A stretch of 64,000 nt of DNA from Candidatus Bathyarchaeia archaeon. GTDB lineage: Archaea; Thermoproteota; Bathyarchaeia; 40CM-2-53-6. The stretch lies in NCBI GenBank assembly GCA_050013255.1, contig JBEKFP010000001.1, forward strand, positions 928,001-992,000, read 5' to 3'. Positions 55,607-64,000 of this stretch are shown here, piece after piece (the stretch's first letter is position 1; the number at the start of each line of letters is the position of its first letter). The translations under genes and the position numbers were made by a program. Under the pieces are notes generated by a model. That model saw nothing but the letters and a program-made list of their open reading frames with translations. It made no database searches and was not told the origin of the DNA.

Positions 55607-57911
55607 TTGTTCCAGCCTCCTGTTCTTTCATCGCTTTGTAAACCCGTTCCGGCGTTGCAGGTAATGTGTAGACGCGTGTGCCAGTCGCGTCACATATGGC
55701 ATTAGCCACGACTGAACCCACGGGAATTATGCCGATCTCCCCTAGGCCCTTCGCCCCGAAGGGTCCGATCTTTTCGTACGTTTCAACCGGGTCCACTTCA
55801 ATCTCCGGGATGTCACATATTGTCGGAATAATGTAGGTGGTGAAGTTGTTGGTTCTTACTACGCCGTTCTGGATTTGGGTCTCTTCAGTTAGGGCGAAGC
55901 CTAGGCCTTGGACTATCGCGCCCTCGCATTGGCCAGTGTAGGATTGTGGGTTGATGATTCTTCCCGATTCAGGCGATAGAAAGAATTTGATCACCTTCGT
56001 GGCTCCCGTTAGAGTGTTTACTTCCACTAACGCAACTGCGCTTGCGTACATGTAAGACCAGTGCGGGATCTCTATGCTCCCTTCGACGGGTTTATCGACC
56101 CGTGGGACATTGAAGCCAGCCTCGATCTTCGTTTCCGCTCCTGATTGATGCATGTATTGGGCGATTTCAGGGTATGTGGCAGACTTGTTCTTCATCGAAA
56201 CCACGCGAGATTCTTTGAAGGTTAGCTTCTCCTTTGGCTGGCTGAGAATCTTCGCTGCGGCCTCGAGTAGCAAATCGTTCATCTTTGGAGCCGCAGCAAG
56301 AATCGCGTTGCCTCCTCTAACCAAGGCCATGGATGCTGATGATGTGCCAGTGTCTGGTGCTAGCTGCGAATCTCCTGAAGCGATGTAGACATCTCCGAGG
56401 TCACAGTGCAGCGCCTCAGCAGCAATCTGCGAATACGCCGTCACAGCTCCCTGTCCAATCTCCGGGCAACTAACCCCAACAACGAACTTACCGGCCGGCG
56501 TGATCTGAATTGAGACGGCGGCAAAATCCGGTAATGCTCCGAAACCAAAACCTTTCACAGCCGTTGTTACTGCGACCCCTCTCTTGCACCAAGGCGCCGA
56601 CGGTTTGGATTTGTATTGTTTCCGATTTCTCCAAACATCAGATCTCTCGGCTTTCTCAAGGGTTTCATAGATGCCCACGCTTCCGCGCAGTTTGTAACCG
56701 AAGGGGGCAATCTCACCTTCGCGGAGAACGTTCTTCTTGCGAATCTCCAATCTATCCATGCCGAGTTTCTCTGCAATGATGTCTAAGTTAGATTCTAATG
56801 CAAAGTTAACTTGTGGTGCGCCGAAACCGCGGAATGCACCGGCCACGCCGTTGTTGGTGTAAACTAGTGAGGCATCTATCTCGATATTTGGTATTCGGTA
56901 GGGGCCGCATGAATTCTCAATAGCAACATCTAGCACAGTAGGTCCCAGCGACGCGTATGCTCCGGTGTCGGCAACTATACGGACTTGATTGGCGAGAAGT
57001 CGGCCTTCCTTGTCCACTCCGGTTTTCGTTGTGACTATCATTGGGTGGCGTTTCATACCGGTGACCCCAGACTCTTCTCGAGTCCACACCATTTTCACCG
57101 GGCGTTTCGTTTTCAGCGCGAGCATCGCGAGGTGAATTTGGACTGTGTTCTCTTCTTTACCGCCGAAGGCACCTCCAACTGGTGTAGAAACAACTCTAAC
57201 CTGTTCAGGTTTTATTCCGAGCGCTCTCGAGACCTGCATTTGGTCTCTGTAAGGTGATTGCCCTCCCACGTAGAGCACGATCCTTCCTTGATCATCGAGC
57301 ATGCCGAGGCCGGCTTCAACCTCGAGAAACATGTGCATCTGCCGCCCGGTGCGGTATGTATTTTCAACGACCACCGCGGCTTCTCGGAATGCCTTTTGGA
57401 CATCACCCACGCGAACAGTTGCATGCCTCAGGACGTTTCCCTTTTCGTGGACTTTCGGGGCATCTGGTTTCATGGCTTCTACTGGGTCGGAAACGACGGG
57501 GAGAGGGTCGTAGTCAACTTCGACGAGCTGCGCAGCTTTCTCTGCTGCTTCCAAATTCTCCGCTGCGACAACAGCGATTGCGTCTCCTAGGTATCTTACC
57601 TTGTCGTTACATAGAACGGGTTGGTCGGGTAGAATGATGCCAAACCCGTTGAGCCCAGGGACATCCTTGTGGGTAAGAACCGCCACAACACCAGGTACCG
57701 CTTCAGCCTTCTCCGTGCTGATTCTCTTAATCAGAGCGTGGGGGTACTTGCTTCTCGCAACCTTAGCATAGAGCATCTTCGGTAATGACATGTCCGAAAA
57801 GAACTTGGTCTCACCGGTAACTTTGCCCGCACCGTCTCTCCGAACGACTGATTTTCCCACCCACTTCAATTTTTCCTTGCCAACTACAACGGTTTCAGTC
57901 ATCTCACTCAA
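55584..57911 (-). CDS. Xanthine oxidase-family molybdopterin-binding subunit (enzyme 1, PucD-like)
   Basis: GGAFGGKE, GAFRGFGAPQ and KGLGE. Confidence 0.93.
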   Translation of the reverse strand: MSEMTETVVVGKEKLKWVGKSVVRRDGAGKVTGETKFFSDMSLPKMLYAKVARSKYPHALIKRISTEKAEAVPGVVAVLTHKDVPGLNGFGIILPDQPVLCNDKVRYLGDAIAVVAAENLEAAEKAAQLVEVDYDPLPVVSDPVEAMKPDAPKVHEKGNVLRHATVRVGDVQKAFREAAVVVENTYRTGRQMHMFLEVEAGLGMLDDQGRIVLYVGGQSPYRDQMQVSRALGIKPEQVRVVSTPVGGAFGGKEENTVQIHLAMLALKTKRPVKMVWTREESGVTGMKRHPMIVTTKTGVDKEGRLLANQVRIVADTGAYASLGPTVLDVAIENSCGPYRIPNIEIDASLVYTNNGVAGAFRGFGAPQVNFALESNLDIIAEKLGMDRLEIRKKNVLREGEIAPFGYKLRGSVGIYETLEKAERSDVWRNRKQYKSKPSAPWCKRGVAVTTAVKGFGFGALPDFAAVSIQITPAGKFVVGVSCPEIGQGAVTAYSQIAAEALHCDLGDVYIASGDSQLAPDTGTSSASMALVRGGNAILAAAPKMNDLLLEAAAKILSQPKEKLTFKESRVVSMKNKSATYPEIAQYMHQSGAETKIEAGFNVPRVDKPVEGSIEIPHWSYMYASAVALVEVNTLTGATKVIKFFLSPESGRIINPQSYTGQCEGAIVQGLGFALTEETQIQNGVVRTNNFTTYIIPTICDIPEIEVDPVETYEKIGPFGAKGLGEIGIIPVGSVVANAICDATGTRVYTLPATPERVYKAMKEQEAGTSASKSQG

Positions 57912-58243
57912 CCTCCCGCTATCGGTGGGACGACCAAGATTTCATCGCCGTCATTGAGCCTGGATGATGGTTTGAGCCTGACTCCTTCTCGAACAATGTA
58001 GAGGTAGTCTTTGTCCCTAACTGAGATGGAGTTGAGCAGATCTTCAGTTGTCGCGCCTTCGCCTAATTCAAGCGTTAGTTCGTTGCTCTCGAGCGCGAGC
58101 GAAGGAGCGCCAAAGATTCTGACCCGGACGTGGACAGGATTACCCGTGAATCTTCTTCCTCCCGTACACTGCCTCGTAAAGGGCCTGGTAGACTGATGAG
58201 ACAACTGCACTCTTCCTGTACTCAGCTGAACCACGAATGTCAT
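57908..58243 (-). CDS. MoaD/ThiS/SAMP ubiquitin-like protein (start codon uncertain; fold begins near 58134)
   Basis: VHVRVRIFG...LNDGDEILVVPPIAGG*. Confidence 0.8.
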   Translation of the reverse strand: MTFVVQLSTGRVQLSHQSTRPFTRQCTGGRRFTGNPVHVRVRIFGAPSLALESNELTLELGEGATTEDLLNSISVRDKDYLYIVREGVRLKPSSRLNDGDEILVVPPIAGG

Positions 58244-59024
58244 CTATCGGTGCAGTGTCTTCTGCGGCCAGGGTGGCAGCTTCCCACAGGGTTTTCTCCT
58301 TCAACGGCGTATGCTCCAACGCCTTCTCGCTCTTGCGAGCTCGCGTTATTACAGGGGCAACGGCACCTAGGGCAACTCTCGCCTCAGCAAATGAACCGGA
58401 CGAGTCTCTCTCGCGCAGTACCACCGCCACGTCAACTATTGAAATTGCATTAGCTTCCCGCAGGCCGAGTTTCATGTAGGCGCCGCGATCCTTTGAATTC
58501 AATGGCTTGAAGTAGACTTCTTCGATCAATTCGTCTGGCCTAAGTGCGGTCTTTCTGTAGGAGACGAAAAATTGCTCGACGGGAGTTTCGCGCCGACCGG
58601 CTTTACTTTTCGTGACGACAACAGCCTCGAGAGCATACAATGGGGGGAGGCTATCTCCTGCCGGTGAAGCGTTACCTAGGTTCCCACCTAACGTTGCTGT
58701 ATTCTGGAGTTGGACGGCACCAATCTGCCTAGAAGCGTCAACAAGAACCCAAGCATGCTCCCTCGCTAACTGGGAATTCGTGATGTCGCTATAAGTGGTT
58801 AGGGAACCAATGTGAATCAAGCCATCTTGCTCTCGTATGAATCTCAGTTCCTTCAGAGACAGTATGTTCAATAGTTTCTCGACTTTCATGACGCCGTCTC
58901 GAAGTTGCACAATTACATCTGAGCCACCGGCCACAATCTTAAGCTCGGCTTGACCTTGATGGAGGATGTTGAGCGCTTCATCCAAAGTCTGGGGAGTTAT
59001 TACATCGATTTCGGAGCGCGTCAA
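58140..59024 (-). CDS. Xanthine oxidase-family FAD subunit (enzyme 1)
   Basis: AGGSDV, ATLGGNLGNASPAGD and DDIRGSAEYR. Confidence 0.93.
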   Translation of the reverse strand: MTRSEIDVITPQTLDEALNILHQGQAELKIVAGGSDVIVQLRDGVMKVEKLLNILSLKELRFIREQDGLIHIGSLTTYSDITNSQLAREHAWVLVDASRQIGAVQLQNTATLGGNLGNASPAGDSLPPLYALEAVVVTKSKAGRRETPVEQFFVSYRKTALRPDELIEEVYFKPLNSKDRGAYMKLGLREANAISIVDVAVVLRERDSSGSFAEARVALGAVAPVITRARKSEKALEHTPLKEKTLWEAATLAAEDTAPIDDIRGSAEYRKSAVVSSVYQALYEAVYGRKKIHG

Positions 59025-59028
59025 AGAT

Positions 59029-59517
59029 TTAATGACTCCAATTCTTTGCGGCTTTCTGAACGGCTGTAATTATCTTACTGTAGCCAGTGCACCTGCAGAG
59101 GTTGCCTGATAGGGCTGTCCGAATTTCTTCCACGGAAGGTTTCTGGTTACGCATTAAGAGTGCTGAGGCTGAAACGATCATGCCTGGAATACAATGGCCG
59201 CATTGAACGGCTCCTTCCTCGAGGAAGGCTTGCTGAACTGGGTTCAGTTTCCCATCTTTCACGAGCCCTTCTGATGTAATGACCTCAGAACCTTGCGCCT
59301 GTGAAACTAGGACGAGGCAGGAACAGACGGGTTGGCCATTCATCATTACTGTGCAGGCCCCGCACTCGCCCTTAGCGCAGTCTTCCTTCGGCCCTGTCAC
59401 GTGCAGCTGCTCGCGGAGGACCTCAAGCAAAGTGTAAGCAGGTGGACATTTCACTGTCACATTTTGCCCATTGAGCCTGAAACTTATGGCGTGTTCAATA
59501 CCCACTCGACCTGACAC
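59029..59517 (-). CDS. Xanthine oxidase-family 2Fe-2S subunit (enzyme 1)
   Basis: CAKGECGAC, QCGHC and NLCRCTGY. Confidence 0.95.
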   Translation of the reverse strand: MSGRVGIEHAISFRLNGQNVTVKCPPAYTLLEVLREQLHVTGPKEDCAKGECGACTVMMNGQPVCSCLVLVSQAQGSEVITSEGLVKDGKLNPVQQAFLEEGAVQCGHCIPGMIVSASALLMRNQKPSVEEIRTALSGNLCRCTGYSKIITAVQKAAKNWSH

Positions 59518-59721
59518 CTCTAGGCCTGGACCGGATGAACTCCGAGTGATCGCGACCCCAGAAAGAGTTCCGATAGCTCATTCTTAACCGTTCATGAGTT
59601 GTCGTACAGAACAGACATCTTCACGTGTCAAATATCCCGTAGGGGAAGGCCTCCTCAAGTCAGAAATCAGAAGTTTCACATATGCAATGCTAATCTTCAA
59701 CTCTGAGGTAGTATTCGAACC

Positions 59722-60720
59722 ATGAAACGAGTCGCACTTTACCTTCAAGACAAACACCAAGTTCGCGAGGAAATGAAGCTCGCACAATACGCTGAGAAGA
59801 AAAACTTTGAAGCTGTTTGGCACGCTGAGTCCCGTCTCGCTCGCGACGCCCTCACCCCTCTGGCTGCGATGGCAGCGGTTACTGAGAAGATTAAGCTGGG
59901 CACAGGCGTCATAAATAACTGGACGAGGAACGTTGGACTGACAGCTGTCTCGTTTCTGACTCTGGACGAATTATCCAACGGCCGCAGCCTTCTCGGTATT
60001 GGTGCGTGGTGGGACCCGCTAGCCTCGAAGGTCGGAATAGAGCGCAAGAAACCGCTGAAAGCGATGCGTGAGTACGTCACGGTTCTCCAGCGCCTTTTCA
60101 AAATGGAAAACGTGACCTTTGAGGGCGAGTTCGTAAACGTTCGGGACATAAGGCTTGACGTTGTCTACGGGGACCCTTCCACTCCACGCAACATTCCCAT
60201 TTACATCGGAGCTACCGGTTGGGAGATGGTTGAGCTCACCGGCGAAATAGCGGACGGCATACTCCTGAACTATCTTGTGTCCCCTCAGTACAACCGCAAA
60301 GCTTTGGACCACCTAAGGGAGGGCGCGAAGAAAGCGAAAAGGAAGTGGGAAGACATCGATAGACCCCAGCTTGTAGTGTGTTCGATGGACGAAGACGCAG
60401 ATAGGGCACTCGACAGTGCACGTCCTTTAGTAGCCCAGTACCTGGGGCAACAACCTCACATAGCGAAGGCTAGTGGCGTAAAGGAATCGTTGATCGAGGA
60501 AGTGAAAACTGCTCTCGGCGGATGGCCGGCAAAGCCAGGGGGCTTAGAGAGAGCGAAAGCACTGATAGACGACGCGCTAGTCCAGCTGATAACCGCTAGC
60601 GGAACCGCTGACGACTGCATGAAAAAAGTCCAGGAATACAATGACACGGGCTGCACGTGCCCAATACTCTATCCGCTTGGCGACGATGTTGAAGCCATGA
60701 TTGACGCATTTGAAACCTAG
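59722..60720 (+). CDS. LLM-class (Mer-like, probably F420-dependent) oxidoreductase
   Basis: [31 protein letters not shown] and GEIADG. Confidence 0.88.
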   Translation: MKRVALYLQDKHQVREEMKLAQYAEKKNFEAVWHAESRLARDALTPLAAMAAVTEKIKLGTGVINNWTRNVGLTAVSFLTLDELSNGRSLLGIGAWWDPLASKVGIERKKPLKAMREYVTVLQRLFKMENVTFEGEFVNVRDIRLDVVYGDPSTPRNIPIYIGATGWEMVELTGEIADGILLNYLVSPQYNRKALDHLREGAKKAKRKWEDIDRPQLVVCSMDEDADRALDSARPLVAQYLGQQPHIAKASGVKESLIEEVKTALGGWPAKPGGLERAKALIDDALVQLITASGTADDCMKKVQEYNDTGCTCPILYPLGDDVEAMIDAFET

Positions 60721-60744
60721 CCTACTAACAGGTTGTGATTCGGG

Positions 60745-62541
60745 TTACTCGATAATTGGGTTTACGAACTTGAAATTTACCGCGTCGAGTAATCCTTTGT
60801 CGGTGATTCTAAGTTCGGGGATAACGGATAGTGTCGTGAATGCGAGCGTTATGTAGGGAGAAGGTAACGTGCTGCCAAGTTGGCCCCAAGCTTCTTTGAG
60901 GGTTTCGATTTGCCCTGAAACGACTTCCACTGATTTATCAGACATGAGCCCTGCGATGGGAAGCGGTACTTGGGCCACGACTTTCCGCTGCTTTACTGCA
61001 ATCAATCCTCCGTCGCTTTCGATTAGTGCGTTCGCTGCAAAGATCATGTCGAGGTCGCTTGCGCCGGCGACGACTAGGTTATGGCAATCATGTCCCACAG
61101 TGGATGCAACTGCCCCCTCTTTGACTCCTAGGCCGTGGACGAAGCCTAGGCCTACGTTGCCTGTGGCTTTATGACGTTCAAAGACAGCTATCTTCAGGAC
61201 GTCCTCGCCGGGGTTGGCTGAGACTCTTCCATCCTTTGCTGGTACCTCTTTCTCCAAATTCTTCGTGTAGATGGTGGCTGGCATTACGCCGATTGCCCGA
61301 GCCTTAACTTTACCGTTGGCGGCCTTTGTTCGGATTACCAAATCATCTATTTTCGGCAGGGCTTTGATTCGCATGGATTTCTTCACGGAATCCGAGAAAT
61401 TCGGTCGGGGGAATGTCGCAACCAGTTTGCCGCTTTGGAAGACAATTTTCCCGTCAGCTATGACAGTGCTTACCGCTACGTCTTCCAAGTTGTCGAGTAT
61501 CGCCATGTCCGCATAGCGTGCCGGGGCTATACTCCCAAATTCTCTAGCGCATTCATAGTGCTCAGCGACGTTGAGGGTAGCCATCTGAATCGCTTTGACG
61601 GGGTCGACGCCTTCTTGGATAGCTCGCCTTACGACATGGTCAATATGGCCCTCCTGAAGAAGTGAGTTGGGTTCGCGGTCGTCGGTTACCAAGCACGCGT
61701 GTCGCGCATCCAGTTTGTCCTCGGTTATCGAACGTATAGTGTCAGCCACGTCTCGAGACGCTGACGCCTCCCTGAGCATTGCGTACATGCCGTACCGTAG
61801 TTTCTCCACTGCTTCAGCCTTCTTTGTTGATTCGTGGCATGAGGTTATTCCAGCAGCCGCGTATGCGGCCAACTGTCCATCCAGCAAATTCACGGCGTGG
61901 CCTTCTACGACACGCCCCGCCCGGAGGGTGGCGGCTATTTCACCGTGGACCTGCGCGTCGCCCGCGAGCACGCCCGGGTAATTCATCATCTCGCCCAATG
62001 CCACAACTCCTTCCCAGCCTAAGGCTTCCTCGACTTCCTTCGGGCCAATGGTAGCGCCGTTTGTTTCGAAGCCAGGCGCCGCGGGGACGCAGGACGGGAA
62101 AGTGACAAGAACCTTGAGTGGGAGGCTACGGCCCTCCTTCATGAAGAACCGAACGCCCTCCAAGCCAAGGACATTCGCAATTTCGTGCGGGTCGACGAAC
62201 ACCGTTGTTGTTCCATGTGGTAGTACTGCCCTCGCAAATTCAGTGGCTGTGACCATCGCACTCTCGATGTGGACATGGCCGTCGATGAAACCTGGGACCA
62301 CATATCTTTCGTCAGCGTCGACTACCACGCTAGAAGGACCGATCGTAGCCTGCGCGTTTCCCACTAGTGCTATTCGGTCTCTCTTCACTGCAATATCCTG
62401 TTTAGCGATAATCTCACCGGAATTGACGTTCACCAGTGAAGCATTTCGAACGACTAGGTCAGCTTTCTCGCGACCCATGGCCGTGTCTACTAGTAATCGT
62501 GTCATCTCGTCGAGGCGCGTCCGACTTGGAACATAGAACAA
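60745..62541 (-). CDS. ade: Adenine deaminase (binuclear Ade type)
   Basis: PGFIDGHVHIES, DPHEIANV, LGEMMN, VTDDR and GHDCHN. TTG start at 62541 inferred. Confidence 0.95.
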   Translation of the reverse strand: MFYVPSRTRLDEMTRLLVDTAMGREKADLVVRNASLVNVNSGEIIAKQDIAVKRDRIALVGNAQATIGPSSVVVDADERYVVPGFIDGHVHIESAMVTATEFARAVLPHGTTTVFVDPHEIANVLGLEGVRFFMKEGRSLPLKVLVTFPSCVPAAPGFETNGATIGPKEVEEALGWEGVVALGEMMNYPGVLAGDAQVHGEIAATLRAGRVVEGHAVNLLDGQLAAYAAAGITSCHESTKKAEAVEKLRYGMYAMLREASASRDVADTIRSITEDKLDARHACLVTDDREPNSLLQEGHIDHVVRRAIQEGVDPVKAIQMATLNVAEHYECAREFGSIAPARYADMAILDNLEDVAVSTVIADGKIVFQSGKLVATFPRPNFSDSVKKSMRIKALPKIDDLVIRTKAANGKVKARAIGVMPATIYTKNLEKEVPAKDGRVSANPGEDVLKIAVFERHKATGNVGLGFVHGLGVKEGAVASTVGHDCHNLVVAGASDLDMIFAANALIESDGGLIAVKQRKVVAQVPLPIAGLMSDKSVEVVSGQIETLKEAWGQLGSTLPSPYITLAFTTLSVIPELRITDKGLLDAVNFKFVNPIIE

Positions 62542-62753
62542 AAAGTCATCCACCGTAACATACGAATTCCAACAAGACTTAATGAATGCTCTGATATTCA
62601 ACGAGGTTTTACAATCAAGATGGACTCCTCAGAATCGCAGTGCGTACTGGATCAGTGAATCTGCTGGGTGAATCAGACCTTTCGGGCTATGATTCCGGGA
62701 GATACATTCTAGTACTATTCCGCACACTTCGCCATCATCGAGGATGCACAGAC

Positions 62754-63722
62754 ATGCCAGATAAGAAGTTCACAAAGATCTTCTTTGCAACCGACTTACA
62801 CGGCTCGGGACGTTGTTATGAGAAGTTGTTGAGCGCCGCGAAGTTCTACAAAGTGGACGTCTTAGTTCTTGGAGGAGACCTAACCGGCAAGATGCTCGTA
62901 CCAATTGTAGACCTCGAGGATGGGACGTTCAAAGCGGACTATCTTGGTGGAAAAACTGTGCGGGGGGGCGAAGAGGTCAAGTCTTTGGAGCGGGAAATAA
63001 CTGATAGTGGTTATTACTACTACCATTGTAGCAAGGGAGAGATGGATGAACTCAAAGCCTCTAAAGAGAAAGTGGACAAGCTCTTCATGGCCACGATGAA
63101 GGACACCTTAGTAAAATGGGTTGATCGTGCTGAACCTTTCCTCTCGGAGCTGGGCGTTACTTGTTACCTAACGGGCGGAAATGACGACTATCAAGAAATT
63201 GTTGATGCCGTCAAGGACACACCTCATGTAAAGAATTCCGACAACAAGGTCATCAAAATAGACGACGTCCACGAAATGGTGAACCTGGGTTGGAGCAACC
63301 CCACCCCTTGGAAATGTCCGCGAGATCATACTGAGGAAGATCTTGAAACTGTAACAGAGAAGCTTGTCTCTTCTGTAGCTGATATGGAGAATTGTGTTTT
63401 CAATGTTCATGTACCTCCCATAAACTGCGGGCTAGATACTTGCCCGAAACTGGACGATTCCGTCTTTCCCCCGAAGCCTGTTTTTGATAAGGGGCAGGCC
63501 GTCATGATTGGAGCTGGGAGTACTTCGATTCGTCGTGAGGTCGAAAAACATCAGCCACTTGTTCATTTGTGCGGCCACATCCATGAATCCAGAGGAACCA
63601 CAAGGATTGGAAGAACACTCGTGGTCAATCCGGGCAGCGAGTATCCGGAGGGTATACTCAGAGGAGCGATTGTCAATATTGGAGACAAGAAAGTAGTTAG
63701 TTGGCAGCTCACGTCTGGATAA
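62754..63722 (+). CDS. Icc-like metallophosphoesterase (copy 2)
   Basis: ATDLHG, GGDLTGK, GGNDD, HVPP, CGHIHE, NPGSEY; ends WQLTSG. Confidence 0.92.
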   Translation: MPDKKFTKIFFATDLHGSGRCYEKLLSAAKFYKVDVLVLGGDLTGKMLVPIVDLEDGTFKADYLGGKTVRGGEEVKSLEREITDSGYYYYHCSKGEMDELKASKEKVDKLFMATMKDTLVKWVDRAEPFLSELGVTCYLTGGNDDYQEIVDAVKDTPHVKNSDNKVIKIDDVHEMVNLGWSNPTPWKCPRDHTEEDLETVTEKLVSSVADMENCVFNVHVPPINCGLDTCPKLDDSVFPPKPVFDKGQAVMIGAGSTSIRREVEKHQPLVHLCGHIHESRGTTRIGRTLVVNPGSEYPEGILRGAIVNIGDKKVVSWQLTSG

Positions 63723-63841
63723 TGCGGAGTAGGTCTGTTATAAGCGGCCTCAGTATCTCCACTTTCGTCTCGGGCGTATTGTACGTGAGCTTTGCTTAGT
63801 TCGCCTGTTCTCTAGGCCAGGAATAAGGCTTCAAGTTTCGC

Positions 63842-64000
63842 CTATAGTGGAGGTAGTTCCTTGTATGCTAGCGATATGTCAATTCCACGCTTGGAATAGT
63901 ACGATTTCGAGACTGCATAGATTGCGATTCCGCCGACGAAGCTGAGCACGACCCAAGTATACGCAAGTGTGTTTCCTCCCCAGATTGCTGGAGAGGAGAG
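63842..64000 (-). CDS. APC-family permease, C-terminal part (5' end outside the window; absent from the ORF track)
   Basis: ...AYTWVVLSFVGGIAIYAVSKSYYSKRGIDISLAYKELPPL* matches the tail GINLDLAYKEVPPI* of 15830-17446. Confidence 0.8.
   Translation of the reverse strand, partial: LSSPAIWGGNTLAYTWVVLSFVGGIAIYAVSKSYYSKRGIDISLAYKELPPL

Noticed and set aside
51614-57911. Aerobic CO dehydrogenase (coxL) assignment for the Mo subunits
   Set aside because: Neither has AYxCSFR or AYRGAGR; both have xanthine dehydrogenase-like FRGFG loops.

Overview
Gene-dense archaeal chromosomal segment. The multi-OB-fold RPA, TrpB2, two-subunit class I fumarase, hdrCBA, arcadin-like protein and IPE(L)P-type surface protein are consistent with Bathyarchaeia/Thermoproteota, but the lineage is an inference. 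It carries housekeeping and repair genes (rpa, dinB, nth, hflX, tatA), redox and sulfur genes (thioredoxins, hdrCBA, cbs), membrane proteolysis genes (two SDH/ClpP-fold paralogues, nfeD-stomatin, BlaI + HEXXH protease), a decayed accessory zone at 20.5-27.3 kb (toxin-antitoxin modules and remnants around a 1239-aa secreted protein), and a purine/N-heterocycle catabolic region (two xanthine-oxidase-family enzymes with interleaved ubiquitin-like genes, XdhC, an LLM oxidoreductase, adenine deaminase). The best candidate for an undescribed system is a recurring module: an APC permease convergent on an Icc-like metallophosphoesterase. It occurs twice (15.8-18.5 kb and 62.7-64 kb), and a third, unannotated phosphoesterase remnant sits directly upstream of an uncharacterised Pol-beta-type nucleotidyltransferase. 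No rRNA, complete tRNA, CRISPR array or transposase was recognised. All family assignments come from motif recognition by eye; no searches were run.
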